Position numbers and translations under genes: made by a program. From an uncultured archaeon (GTDB taxonomy: Archaea > Thermoproteota > Nitrososphaeria > Nitrososphaerales > Gagatemarchaeaceae): a stretch of 64,000 nt of DNA. A model generated the notes under the pieces. That model ran no database searches. It was not told the DNA's origin and worked only from the letters and a program-made list of their open reading frames with translations. The DNA lies in assembly GCA_963817525.1 (NCBI GenBank), contig CAWFOU010000007.1:96001-160000 (forward strand). Reading direction: 5' to 3'. Position 1 is the stretch's first letter. Every line of letters begins with the position of its first letter. Shown in pieces: positions 18,755-28,338 of this stretch.

Positions 18755-19018
18755 TCAGGGTTTGCGGGCGAGGAGTTCGGCGAGGAGCCTCAACTGGGCA
18801 AGGGCCTCCTCCGGAGACGCTGCCACAAGCGATACCTTGATGTCGCCCCCCTTCTCGTCCACGGCGAGCCCGTTCCCAGCCGCGAGGCGGCGGAAGTCTT
18901 CTCCGCCCGCTCCGCTCAGTGTCACTGTTAGCCTGATGCCCTTGATGGGGCTTCCCCCCTCGGCGCTGGCGGCCTTACTTTGCCCGCGTCTTGGCGGTTG
19001 AGACGTCGTAGGCACCAC
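18755..19018 (-). CDS. Probable KEOPS subunit Pcc1-like protein
   Basis: Size, beta-beta-helix C-terminus, and position after rpl37ae in the exosome superoperon. Start uncertain. Confidence 0.45.
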   Translation of the reverse strand: MVPTTSQPPRRGQSKAASAEGGSPIKGIRLTVTLSGAGGEDFRRLAAGNGLAVDEKGGDIKVSLVAASPEEALAQLRLLAELLARKP

Positions 19019-19202
19019 CGGCCACGGTGTATCCGCAGCTGGCGCACTTCCAGATCCCTGAGGAGACCCGTCTCAGCCTCAGGTTGGAGCAAGAGGGACA
19101 TTCCTTCTTGGCCTTGAGCGTCCTGTAGATGTTGGAGTACCTCTTCCTCAGGGTGCCCCCGTACTTTGCCCCGAGGCCCTTCAGGGACTTGGACCTAGCC
19201 AT
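18975..19202 (-). CDS. rpl37ae: 50S ribosomal protein L37Ae (eL43)
   Basis: GAKYGGTLRKR, CPSC, GIWKCASCGYTVAGGAY. Confidence 0.95.
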   Translation of the reverse strand: MARSKSLKGLGAKYGGTLRKRYSNIYRTLKAKKECPSCSNLRLRRVSSGIWKCASCGYTVAGGAYDVSTAKTRAK

Positions 19203-20007
19203 GCGCGGTGGCCTCCTTGATCTGCTGCCGTATTTCTCTTCCCCTCGCTATCGACCACTCCGCGGCCGTGATGATCTGCTCCGGTGTGAAGGAGCCGGGC
19301 TCGCCCTTCTGCCCCGCGCAGAGGTTGCCCTCGTCCTCGGTGTCGAGCGTTATCCTCGCGTCCATGACCGCCTCCTCCTCCTCTGTCGGGTCGAGGACGA
19401 GCGTGTTGTTGATGTTCGCGATTGTCACGGAGATCGGGATCTTGCTGACCGGCAGCGGGACCCTTTCGCCCGTGTCCTTGACCACGTCGTTCTCGAGGAC
19501 GAACTTGGGCATGTTGGCGGTGAGCAGCGCGGCGACGACCGCGTAGCTGGTCGCGTCGAAGAGGTTGCCGTCGACGTTGAGGATGTTGACGTCCACGAAG
19601 ATGGAGTACACCCACTTGCCCGCCTTTATCACGAGGGAGGAGACGTCTATCATCTCCGACTCCCTCACGCCCCTGTCCACCACCCTCGCGAGCTCTATCG
19701 CGCTCTCGTCGGGGGGGCCTGCCTCGAGGTATGAGGCCGCCATCGGCAGCACCTCCGCACCCACTATGAGCAGGCCCTTGTCGGGCGTGTCGGGGAACGG
19801 TATGCCCTTGTCGATCTTGACTCCGGCGAGGACCTGGGTGTTCCCCAGGCTCACCATCGCCGAGCCGTTGGCCTTCTCGATGACGTGGGTCTTTATCTCG
19901 AGCTTCCGCGACTCGCTCAGACCGCGGCCGTCAAGGCGCTTCCCCTTGGAGAGCGCGTCGACGATCTGGTTCCTCTTTATCGTCTCTACAACGAAAGATT
20001 TTGGCAA
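19195..20007 (-). CDS. rrp42: Exosome subunit Rrp42
   Basis: RLDGR, ANGSA, PFPDTPDKG, ELARVVDRGVRES, DGNLFDA. Confidence 0.95.
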   Translation of the reverse strand: MPKSFVVETIKRNQIVDALSKGKRLDGRGLSESRKLEIKTHVIEKANGSAMVSLGNTQVLAGVKIDKGIPFPDTPDKGLLIVGAEVLPMAASYLEAGPPDESAIELARVVDRGVRESEMIDVSSLVIKAGKWVYSIFVDVNILNVDGNLFDATSYAVVAALLTANMPKFVLENDVVKDTGERVPLPVSKIPISVTIANINNTLVLDPTEEEEAVMDARITLDTEDEGNLCAGQKGEPGSFTPEQIITAAEWSIARGREIRQQIKEATAHG

Positions 20008-20010
20008 GCT

Positions 20011-20778
20011 CTACGCCTCCTCCATTATCTCGGCCGTGGTGGTGGAGGTCTCGGGGCCTGCTCCGCTGAAGTACTTGTTGAGCAGGGCCTCCCTCTGGAC
20101 CTTGTACACCTTCATCCCGCCGATCTTGGCGAGCTCGATGGCCTGCTTGAACTCCTCGAAGGAGAAGAGCCCGTCCATCTGGAGCAGAGTCACCTGGTTG
20201 AGGTTCGGCATGAAGGCGACGGGCAGGTCGCCCGACCCTTCCTTGTCCTCGGTGTCGTTCAGGTCGAGGACTATCTTGCCGTCGACCTTGCCGACCGCGC
20301 AGCCCACCACGAGGTCGCGCATGTTGATCCCCGCGTCCGCGAGCGCCAGGGCGCTCGCGGTGATCCCGGCGACCCTCGAGCCGCCGTCGGACTGGAGGAC
20401 CTCGACGTAGATCTGTATCGCGGTCCTGGGGTAGTCCTCGAGGAAGAGCGCGGGCTGTAGCGCCTCCCTTATCACCTTGGATATCTCGATCTCCCTCCTA
20501 GAGGGGGCGGGGTTCTTCCTCTCGTCCACCGAGAACGGGGCCATGTGGTATCTGCACTTTAGGAACGCCCTGTCGGCTAGCTCGAGGTGCTTCGGGTGCA
20601 TCTCCTTCGGGCCGTACACGGCTGCGATTATCTTGTTCTTGCCCCACTCTATCAGGGCGGACCCGTCGGCGTTCTTGACCACGCCGACCTCGATCTTCAA
20701 GGGCCTCAGCTCGTCCCAGCGACGGCCGTCGGTGCGAATCCCGTTCTCGTCCATCAGCTTGCGCTTCGCTTCAGTCAA
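20011..20778 (-). CDS. rrp41: Exosome exonuclease Rrp41
   Basis: [32 protein letters not shown]. Confidence 0.95.
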   Translation of the reverse strand: MTEAKRKLMDENGIRTDGRRWDELRPLKIEVGVVKNADGSALIEWGKNKIIAAVYGPKEMHPKHLELADRAFLKCRYHMAPFSVDERKNPAPSRREIEISKVIREALQPALFLEDYPRTAIQIYVEVLQSDGGSRVAGITASALALADAGINMRDLVVGCAVGKVDGKIVLDLNDTEDKEGSGDLPVAFMPNLNQVTLLQMDGLFSFEEFKQAIELAKIGGMKVYKVQREALLNKYFSGAGPETSTTTAEIMEEA

Positions 20779-20780
20779 AT

Positions 20781-21503
20781 CTATTGTTCACCGCTATTCT
20801 CAGGCGCCGCCACTCCCGCCGCCGGGGCGCTTACCGGGGCTCCGAGGAGCTGCTGCACCTTGGCCGTGAGGTCGGGGGTGTGCGCGTCCTGCTCCACGAG
20901 ACGGACGGCCTCGGCTGCCTTCCGGACGCCCTCCGCTGGGCCGTCTATCACGACAACCCCGTTCTGCCCGACCTTGATCTCGCAGGCCGTGATCTCGGCT
21001 ATCATGTTGATCATGTAGCCCTTCCTGCCTATCAGCCTGGGCACCTTCATCGGGGTCATCTTGACTATCTCACCCTGCGGGATCTTCCCTAGTCCAGGGC
21101 CCCTTATCGAGAGCTGCGGGTCCCTGGTCCTGTCGAAAGCCTCGATCTTCGCGAGCAGGAGGTCTCCCACGTTGAACCTGGTCGTGAGGTCGTGAGTGGA
21201 GGGGGAGAAGTCCCTCCCGAACACGAACTGCCCGGGGAGGTATCCTACGAAGCACGAGTTGATGTCCGCCTCCCAGCCGTAGCCGGTGACGCTGACTACC
21301 TTGCCGACGACCATGTCCTCCGGCCTGGGCATGTATGCCCCAGAGAGAGGGATGACCTTGACGTCGTTCCTTATGATCTCCGCTAGGCCTATCCTCAGGG
21401 CCACCATGTCGTTGCCCCTCCTCTGGACGAACATGCCCGGCCTATAGTCGCCCGTCACGATGACGTCGCCGGGGATTACCTGCTTCCTTGTTATCTCAAC
21501 CAT
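20781..21503 (-). CDS. rrp4: Exosome RNA-binding subunit Rrp4 (S1+KH)
   Basis: [30 protein letters not shown]. Confidence 0.93.
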   Translation of the reverse strand: MVEITRKQVIPGDVIVTGDYRPGMFVQRRGNDMVALRIGLAEIIRNDVKVIPLSGAYMPRPEDMVVGKVVSVTGYGWEADINSCFVGYLPGQFVFGRDFSPSTHDLTTRFNVGDLLLAKIEAFDRTRDPQLSIRGPGLGKIPQGEIVKMTPMKVPRLIGRKGYMINMIAEITACEIKVGQNGVVVIDGPAEGVRKAAEAVRLVEQDAHTPDLTAKVQQLLGAPVSAPAAGVAAPENSGEQ

Positions 21504-21506
21504 TTT

Positions 21507-22196
21507 CTATTTCACCAATGTAACTTGAGCCGAACCGCGCGTCGCCGATCCCAATCTCTCAAGTAGTCCAGGTTGGGTCGCCGCTGGGACTTCTATTATC
21601 GCAGACAATCCACCGTCCCCTCCCCACTCCTCTTTAAGTATCTCGCCAAAGCCTTTCAGCACGCCGATGGTCTGGCCGGCGTACTGCGCGGGGGCCTTCA
21701 CCAAGAGCTTGACCTTCTCGGACTTCATGGGGAGTATCTTGCGGAGCTCCTCGAGTATCGTCTTCATCTGCTCGTTGGCGTCCTTGAAGGGGTCGAAGGA
21801 GACTCTGGCCTCCTGCATGGCCTGCTCTATCCTGATGGGAGGGTGCGGGAGGCCCGTCTTGGGGTCCACGTAGGTCTTGGCGATCATCGCCACGACCTGC
21901 CTCCGCTTCTCCTCGGTCATCCTGTGGCGCTGCTCCTGGGTCAGCTGGAGCTCGCCGCGCTTGAGGACCTCGATCGCCGCCTTGGCGTGGTCGTCGGTCC
22001 CAAAGTGCTTCTTCAGCTTGTCCCCGGGGGCGCGCAGGCCCTTGTTGGCGTCGGAGAACACCTCGTCGATGCCTATCACCTGGGAGGGCTCGACGGCCTT
22101 CCCGGTCTTGTAGCTCAGCGCCGCGTCGGGGTTGACCATTATCTCGTAGCGCTCCCCCTCTATGACCAGTCGGACGGTCGTGAACTTGCTAGACAT
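21507..22196 (-). CDS. Ribosome maturation factor SBDS/Sdo1
   Basis: GELQLTQEQR, DPKTGLPHPPIRIE. Confidence 0.93.
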   Translation of the reverse strand: MSSKFTTVRLVIEGERYEIMVNPDAALSYKTGKAVEPSQVIGIDEVFSDANKGLRAPGDKLKKHFGTDDHAKAAIEVLKRGELQLTQEQRHRMTEEKRRQVVAMIAKTYVDPKTGLPHPPIRIEQAMQEARVSFDPFKDANEQMKTILEELRKILPMKSEKVKLLVKAPAQYAGQTIGVLKGFGEILKEEWGGDGGLSAIIEVPAATQPGLLERLGSATRGSAQVTLVK

Positions 22197-22210
22197 GAGC
22201 CTACATCAGG

Positions 22211-22966
22211 CTAGGCTCCCTTGTTGTTGGGAGCTTTATCGTTGCCTCTGGTCTTGGCCGTGGAGGCGTACTTTGTGATCTCGTCCTCGGTGAGGCGCCT
22301 CATCTTCTTCGACTTTGCGTCGACGACCGCCGTCTTGATGTGGAAAACGCCCGTCTTGTCCTCGCTCACGAGGTAGATGCACTCTATCGCCAGCGTTATG
22401 CCCTGCTCGAGGGAGATGGTAGGGTCGTAGTTCTTCTCGAGGTACTCGTTGACCTGGTCGCTGCCCGCGCCGATCGCTATCGCGTCGAAGCCTAGGTACG
22501 CGCCGGTGGGGTCGGTGAGGAAGACCACGGGGCCGCGGTTCTCGTCAACCCCTGAGATGATGAGCGAGACGCCGAACGGCCTCACTCCGGCATACTGAGT
22601 GTACTGCTGGTTCAGGTCGGCTATCCTCTTGGCCACGGTCTCGATGTCGACGGGCTCGTCGTAGACCAGCCTGTTGCTCTGGGCGATGACCCTCGCGTTG
22701 TCGACCTGGATGCGCGCGTCGGGGATGTATCCCGCCCCGACGGCGCCGATGTGGTCGTCGATCTGGAACATCTTGACCACGGACTCTACGTTCTGGAGCT
22801 TCCTGCCCCTCTCCTCGACCGCGAGCACCACGCCGCTGTCGGTCCTGACCCCGACCGCCAGGCTTCCGCGCCTCACTGTCTCGAGCGCGTACTCTACCTG
22901 GTAGAGTCTTCCGTCCGGAGAGAAAATCGTAATGGCTCTGTCGTAGCCAGCGGAAGGTGCGAACAT
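22211..22966 (-). CDS. psmA: Proteasome alpha subunit
   Basis: YDRAITIFSPDGRLYQVEYA, RPFGVS. Confidence 0.97.
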   Translation of the reverse strand: MFAPSAGYDRAITIFSPDGRLYQVEYALETVRRGSLAVGVRTDSGVVLAVEERGRKLQNVESVVKMFQIDDHIGAVGAGYIPDARIQVDNARVIAQSNRLVYDEPVDIETVAKRIADLNQQYTQYAGVRPFGVSLIISGVDENRGPVVFLTDPTGAYLGFDAIAIGAGSDQVNEYLEKNYDPTISLEQGITLAIECIYLVSEDKTGVFHIKTAVVDAKSKKMRRLTEDEITKYASTAKTRGNDKAPNNKGA

Positions 22967-23060
22967 GTCATCTAGGCCTCTTTGATTAGCGGGGAGCCTT
23001 TTCTGGTTGTTTTAAACCCTTCTGGATTCTTCGAGGCCCCTGAAGCCCTAAGGGCCTTTT

Positions 23061-23501
23061 ATGGGAGCCCTCCCCGTGTCGGGAAGGCGAGAGTCCTTGG
23101 CTTTCAAGAGCGTCGTGATCCGCAGGCAGGTAGTCGACAGCATATTCTCGTACTCCAAGATGTTCCACCCCAGGGAGGGGATCCTGCTCCTCCGCGGGAG
23201 GAAGAAGAAAGACGTCCTCGAGGTGGACAGCGTGGTCATCCCTCCCGCCGCGGTGCACGGGTCGGGCTTCTCTGGATTCAGCTGGACCATGGTCCCCATG
23301 GACTTGTCGTACGTAGGGGTGGCGCACTCCCACCCCTCTGGATGGGCGGTCCCCTCCCACCAGGACGTCCTCCACGTCAGCGGGAAGATCATGGTCATTG
23401 CGGGGGCCCCGTACTCCGACGACTCCTGCCTGAAGGTCTACGACACGAAGGGGGACCCTCTCCCCTTTGTGGTGAAGGAAGACCCGCCTGCGCTAGAGTG
23501 A
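23061..23501 (+). CDS. JAMM/MPN+ (Mov34) metalloprotease
   Basis: HPREGILLLRG, HSHPSGWAVPSHQD. Confidence 0.85.
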   Translation: MGALPVSGRRESLAFKSVVIRRQVVDSIFSYSKMFHPREGILLLRGRKKKDVLEVDSVVIPPAAVHGSGFSGFSWTMVPMDLSYVGVAHSHPSGWAVPSHQDVLHVSGKIMVIAGAPYSDDSCLKVYDTKGDPLPFVVKEDPPALE

Positions 23502-23514
23502 CCTGGGGCGCGCG

Positions 23515-23904
23515 CTACTTTGGCTTCTCGGGGAGCATCCCCGTGGTGTAGATGGTTATCACGGTGTCCCTGAGCTGGGCTATCTGCTCAAGGTCGACCT
23601 CCGGCTGGGTCGTGATGAGCATGAGGCTGTTCCCGACCCCGAAGATCAGCATGTTGACCTTCTCCCTCTTCACGAAGGTGTACTGTATCTTCCCAAAGTA
23701 CTGGTCCCAGGTCTTGTCGGTCCCGATCTGGATGGTGAGGTTGGCCATGAGCCTCAGGTCCTCGCTCGCGGGCTCGAGCGAGGAGATGCCCTTCCTCATG
23801 CCCCCGGCTATCACGCGCCCGGTGTCGTCCAGGGCGGCGGCGTACCGCACGCGGCGGTCGAACTTGAAAATCTGAAAGCAGAGCTTGTCTAACGGATACG
23901 TCAT
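23515..23904 (-). CDS. Roadblock/profilin-like protein (DUF6659-like, Nitrososphaerota)
   Basis: DRRVRYAAALDDTGRVIAGGMRKGI...FGKIQYTFVKREKV. Confidence 0.65.
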   Translation of the reverse strand: MTYPLDKLCFQIFKFDRRVRYAAALDDTGRVIAGGMRKGISSLEPASEDLRLMANLTIQIGTDKTWDQYFGKIQYTFVKREKVNMLIFGVGNSLMLITTQPEVDLEQIAQLRDTVITIYTTGMLPEKPK

Positions 23905-24077
23905 TAAGATGGTTACAATTGCTCGTCGCTTGATATAAGAATTTTGATTTTCCGCGGACGCGACGCGCTCCAGAGGTCCGTCTCGGTGTGCCGCAAATTG
24001 ATTTCATTGTGTAAGAGCTTTGACACCGTCGCAAATGACGCGATAAGGCCACCTATCGTTTGGTGTAACAAGCAAAA

Positions 24078-24560
24078 ATGGCCTTCGAACAAATGCTGAC
24101 CATACTCCTAGGCACCGGCGTAGGAGTCGCAGTGGTTCTGTACACGGTCAAGCCGAGGCAGATAAGTGCCTCACAGTCCTTCCTCTCCGGAGTCTCGTCA
24201 ATCGAGACCATCTCTCTTCCATCCCAGTCAACATTCTCTCAGAACGAGGCGGCGCCAGCGCCAGAAGTGACCGCAACCCAGTCCTCAGCGGTGGAGGCAC
24301 CGGTCGAGGGGATCGACGCGATCTCCGCAGTCCCGGTCTCGACGCTGACGGCGGAGTTGGTGGTGGTGAGCTCGAGCGACTCGGCAATCGCATCAATCGA
24401 TGCGCCTGCTCTCTCGGCCCCCGCGGCCAGGTCGGCTTCTGTGAGGACTCGCGCGCCCTCGGCGGCGAGGAGCCACAGAGCGCCAAGGAAGAGTTCAGCA
24501 TCCCCGAGAACGCACAAGCCTAGAGCCGTCGATGGCAGCACCACCATCAAAGGGCGCTAG
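24078..24560 (+). CDS. Hypothetical membrane-anchored low-complexity protein
   Basis: N-terminal TM, A/S-rich body, basic tail. Confidence 0.5.
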   Translation: MAFEQMLTILLGTGVGVAVVLYTVKPRQISASQSFLSGVSSIETISLPSQSTFSQNEAAPAPEVTATQSSAVEAPVEGIDAISAVPVSTLTAELVVVSSSDSAIASIDAPALSAPAARSASVRTRAPSAARSHRAPRKSSASPRTHKPRAVDGSTTIKGR

Positions 24561-24645
24561 ACGAAGCTGCGCGAACGGGAAACAACCCTGAGAAGCTGTG
24601 GGTTTCGGGCTCGGACAAGAGCCTTAAACCCACGTCCTACCTCTT

Positions 24646-26646
24646 TTGACGGCAAAGTTGAAGCAGAGTCCTCTCATAGGTTTTCACGTTTCGATAGCCG
24701 GTTCGCTCGACCTCGCGGTCGACAGGGCGCTCGAGATGGGATGCACCACCTTCCAGGTATTCACCAGGAACCCGCGGGGGTGGGCCTTCAAGCCCCTGGG
24801 CGAGGAGCAGGCCCAGCTCTTCAGGGATAAGAGAAGCAAGGCGGGCTACGAGAAGGTGGTCGCGCACATGCCCTACCTCCCGAACCTGGCGGCGTCGCTG
24901 AAGCCCTTTCAGAAGAAGAGCCGGGCCTCGCTCACGGCGGAGATGGGGAGGTGCGAGACGCTGGGGGTGGACTACGTGGTGGCGCACATAGGGTCTCACA
25001 TGGGAAAAGGGACGATGGAGGGGGTCAAAAACGTCGTAGGGGCGTGCAACGAGGCGCTTTCGGCCAATCCAGGCAAGACCGTGCTCCTAGTTGAGACCAT
25101 GGCGGGGCAGAACCACAGCGTCGGGTCGAGGTTCGAGGAGCTCAGGCTGATCCTCGACGGGGTGAAGGAGTCCGAGAGGATGGGGATCTGTTTTGACACG
25201 TGCCTGCCTCCGGGATCAGCAGTATTCCGAGAGTCCGCGCCAACTCCAATTGAAAGTATTCGTCCGGGTGACCTCGTATCAGACCATGATGGCGGCCAAG
25301 TACACGTAACCAGAGTCCTGCACAGACCCTATACAGGCGAGCTCGTCCTCGTCAAACCGAAGGGGTTGCCGTGGATGCGAATGACGCCCGAACATCCGGT
25401 CTTATGCGTGAAGCTCGACCGAATAAAGCATCTTGATGAAAGTCCATGGAGATCGTACCTCACAAAACCACCTTCGTGGGTGACCGCCAGTTTTCTAGAA
25501 AAAGGGCTCTACCTTGTAATGCCACGACTGAAATCCTCCGATGTATCAACCCTAAATTTCGAGAAGTACATCGGCCGCCATACTCGGAGCATACCGTTTC
25601 CAAAGGTCATGCCAATCACAGAGAAGATGGCGAATCTTCTGGGCCTGTACCTGGCTGAGGGTTTTACGTACATGGAAAGAAATGCGGATGGCTCGGAGCA
25701 TGGCAAGGTCTATCTCTCGTTCGGTAAAGATGAAAAGAGCCTCATAACGAAGTCAATTCGGCTGTTTGACGAGGTCTTTTCGTTGAAGGCCTGGACGGAC
25801 GAGACCGAAACTGCACTGAAAGTTTGCGCCGGTTCCAATATTCTCGTCAGGTTCTTCAGGGAGAATTTCGGGAGTGGTGCGAGAAGCAAGAAAATCCCAG
25901 ATTTCATCATGAATTCTGAAGTTACAATTGTTCGCTCTTTCCTCCTGGGATACCTTCATGGCGACGGCAACGTCAACGAGGATGGAATTCGCTTCATTAC
26001 CTCTTCCAAATCGATAGCATACCAACTCATTCACTTGCTCGCCAGATTGGATATGCGCGGAACCTTCGGCGTGCATGCCCCAAGGCAGGGATCCATCGGA
26101 GGTAGGGTAATCAACGGAAGGGGTTGGTTTGAAGTGAAAGTCGCCCGGAGCGACTCGGGAAAGCTGGGATTCAAGTATCGGGTGCCCACGGCTCCCCAAA
26201 GGACGGTCCTAAGGAATGAAGAGTCGTTCTATGTTCCGATTGGGGAGGTCAAACGACAGCGCTATTCCGGCGAAGTCTATAATCTGACGACAGAGTCGGG
26301 GACCTTCCTCGCGCCTTTCGTGGTCACCCATAACTGCCACGTGTTCGCGGCGGGCTTCGACCTCTCGAGCAGGCCCGCGGTCGAGAGGACGATGGGGATG
26401 TTCGGGGACATCGTCGGCAAGGAGAGGCTGAAGGTGATCCACCTCAACGACTCGAAGGGGCCCTGTGGGAGCGGGTTGGACAGGCACGAGTACGTCGGGC
26501 ATGGCCAGATAGGGGAGAAGGGGTTCCGAGCCTTCCTCCGCTACGGGGAGGTCGCGAAGCTCCCGCTGATAATGGAGGTGCCTGTAGAGGACAAGACGCA
26601 ATACGACGCGAACCTGAGGATGGCGAGGCGCCTCCTAGGGCCCTAG
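24646..26646 (+). CDS. nfo: Endonuclease IV (deoxyribonuclease IV) containing an intein
   Basis: GFHVSIAG, QVFTRNPRGW, HMPYLPNL, ETMAG, CFDT|CH, HLNDSK, DRH. Confidence 0.92.
   Translation: MTAKLKQSPLIGFHVSIAGSLDLAVDRALEMGCTTFQVFTRNPRGWAFKPLGEEQAQLFRDKRSKAGYEKVVAHMPYLPNLAASLKPFQKKSRASLTAEMGRCETLGVDYVVAHIGSHMGKGTMEGVKNVVGACNEALSANPGKTVLLVETMAGQNHSVGSRFEELRLILDGVKESERMGICFDTCLPPGSAVFRESAPTPIESIRPGDLVSDHDGGQVHVTRVLHRPYTGELVLVKPKGLPWMRMTPEHPVLCVKLDRIKHLDESPWRSYLTKPPSWVTASFLEKGLYLVMPRLKSSDVSTLNFEKYIGRHTRSIPFPKVMPITEKMANLLGLYLAEGFTYMERNADGSEHGKVYLSFGKDEKSLITKSIRLFDEVFSLKAWTDETETALKVCAGSNILVRFFRENFGSGARSKKIPDFIMNSEVTIVRSFLLGYLHGDGNVNEDGIRFITSSKSIAYQLIHLLARLDMRGTFGVHAPRQGSIGGRVINGRGWFEVKVARSDSGKLGFKYRVPTAPQRTVLRNEESFYVPIGEVKRQRYSGEVYNLTTESGTFLAPFVVTHNCHVFAAGFDLSSRPAVERTMGMFGDIVGKERLKVIHLNDSKGPCGSGLDRHEYVGHGQIGEKGFRAFLRYGEVAKLPLIMEVPVEDKTQYDANLRMARRLLGP
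25201..26334 (+). mobile_element. Intein (378 aa) with LAGLIDADG homing endonuclease
   Basis: Starts CLPPGS, block B TPEHP, LLGLYLAEG and FLLGYLHGDG, ends VYNLTT...VVTHN followed by Cys+1. Visibly lower GC than the exteins. Confidence 0.93.
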
Positions 26647-28218
26647 GGCCTCAGCGGCCTTCTGGACGGGGGCCGTTGCGGCTTGCTTGTCGAGTGGCCA
26701 TGTCTTCCTCGATTGGGCGACCCAGGAGAACTTCCTCTGGAGGGACTTGCTGTAGAGCTTCTCCCAGTCCAAGCCGACGTAGTCGCACCACGACTTGTAG
26801 ACCCTTGGGTCGATGTAGTTCTTCATCGACGTATTGAGGTTGTACTCCTTGGTCTCTTTTGTGAGCTCGATGTCTTTCTGCACCTTATCCGCCATCGCCT
26901 CCTTGCCCTTGGCCTTGTACTCCTCGAGCTTCTGCTCCTTCTTCTTCAGGGACTCCTCCCAGGTCTTGGGGATGGTGCGCTTGTGGTTGCAGTACTTTGC
27001 GGCGGCGAGGTTGGCCTCCTTGGCGAAGTAGAGCTTCTCCAGGTCGGGGGTGGTCCGCATGTCCTTGGACTTTAGCGCCTCCTCGACCGTCTTCGTGGCG
27101 TGGTAGGTCCTGAAGACCTTGGCGCTGACGGTGAGGTTGGGGACAAGGTCGGAGAGGAAGGCGTTGACGTTGCTGGACGTGATGCCGTCGAAGATCTCTT
27201 TGTCGGGTCTCTTCCCGTTCATGAACTCCTTCATGTTCTTCACCAGGGAGGGGTCGGGGTTCTTCAAGGTCTTCAGCCAGCGGACGCTGTCCTTCCCCAG
27301 GAAGTCGAACTCGATGGCCTGGTCGTCCAGCCTCTTGATGTGCTCGACCCTCAGGGTGGTCGCGCCGACTGTGTCTGCCTCGTCCTCGTCCTTCTCGTCG
27401 CCTACCCTCATCCCCACCTCGTCTATCAGGTAACAGACGGTGGCGAGCTTGCGGACCTTCTCCTCCTTATCCCCCATCTTCTCACGCATCCTCTTCTGAA
27501 GAGATGGGAGCTTCTGGCCGACCTTCAGCGCCTTGTCGTACTTCTCGACGTTCCTCGATTGCTGGATGTCGGAGCTCTCGTGCGGCCAAACGTATTTCTC
27601 TTTCGCCGTGAGCTTGTCGATCCATCGCGCGATCCAGATCGACTCGTCGTCGTGGGCGACCTGGAAGCCGCCGGGAGGGACGGGCGCGTCCTTGTCCAAG
27701 TTCAGGGTGACGTCGGGGGCATCCACTCTAGGCTTCCAGCTTCCCCGGAGGGGGTGGGCCCCCCGACCCATGAACATGCCGGGCGGCTCGACCATGTAAT
27801 TTGCCAGCTCTATCTCTTTCCCGTCGAGCACGGCCTTTCCGTACTTCGCCCTGAGGGCTTCCCTCTTCTCCTTCCTGCTGGCGGCGAGGGCCTTCTTCCC
27901 CTCTTTCGTCATCGTCTCCTTTTGCATCTTCTCCTGATCGACGAGCCTGTAGAACTGGGAGAAGTCGATGTCCTCGAACTTGGTGTTCTTAGTGGCGGGC
28001 GGGGGGAGCTCCTTCGTGAAGTACTTCATGAAGTTCGCCCGGAAGACTGGGTCCTGGACGTAGGGGGTGTCCTTCTTCTTGGCGAACTGGTAGGCCATCT
28101 CTTCCGCTAGAAGGGAGAGCTTGAGCTCCTGGCCCGAGAGCCTCACCGAGAGTCCCTTCGGGACGTAGGGGTCGGGGAAGACGACGCCGTTGTGTCGGAG
28201 CGTCCTCCAGACTGGCAT
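26635..28218 (-). CDS. Eukaryote-like DNA topoisomerase IB
   Basis: WRTLRHNGV, EPPGMFMGRGAHP, RVGDEKD, FDFLGKDS, AKVFRTY, CNHKRT, TSMKNYIDPR. Confidence 0.95.
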   Translation of the reverse strand: MPVWRTLRHNGVVFPDPYVPKGLSVRLSGQELKLSLLAEEMAYQFAKKKDTPYVQDPVFRANFMKYFTKELPPPATKNTKFEDIDFSQFYRLVDQEKMQKETMTKEGKKALAASRKEKREALRAKYGKAVLDGKEIELANYMVEPPGMFMGRGAHPLRGSWKPRVDAPDVTLNLDKDAPVPPGGFQVAHDDESIWIARWIDKLTAKEKYVWPHESSDIQQSRNVEKYDKALKVGQKLPSLQKRMREKMGDKEEKVRKLATVCYLIDEVGMRVGDEKDEDEADTVGATTLRVEHIKRLDDQAIEFDFLGKDSVRWLKTLKNPDPSLVKNMKEFMNGKRPDKEIFDGITSSNVNAFLSDLVPNLTVSAKVFRTYHATKTVEEALKSKDMRTTPDLEKLYFAKEANLAAAKYCNHKRTIPKTWEESLKKKEQKLEEYKAKGKEAMADKVQKDIELTKETKEYNLNTSMKNYIDPRVYKSWCDYVGLDWEKLYSKSLQRKFSWVAQSRKTWPLDKQAATAPVQKAAEALGP

Positions 28219-28338
28219 CCAGGCCGAGCCCGAAACAGTTCTTTAAAAGAAAATCGCTGAAGACGGTGAGAACGCCGTCGGCGGCCCGTATTTCTGGTCG
28301 AGTACATTCTTCTGAAAGGTGATTAAGCTGGAACGCGC

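Noticed and set aside
26635-28218. Eukaryote-like TopoIB as a novelty
   Set aside because: It is an established hallmark of Nitrososphaerota; used only for taxonomy.
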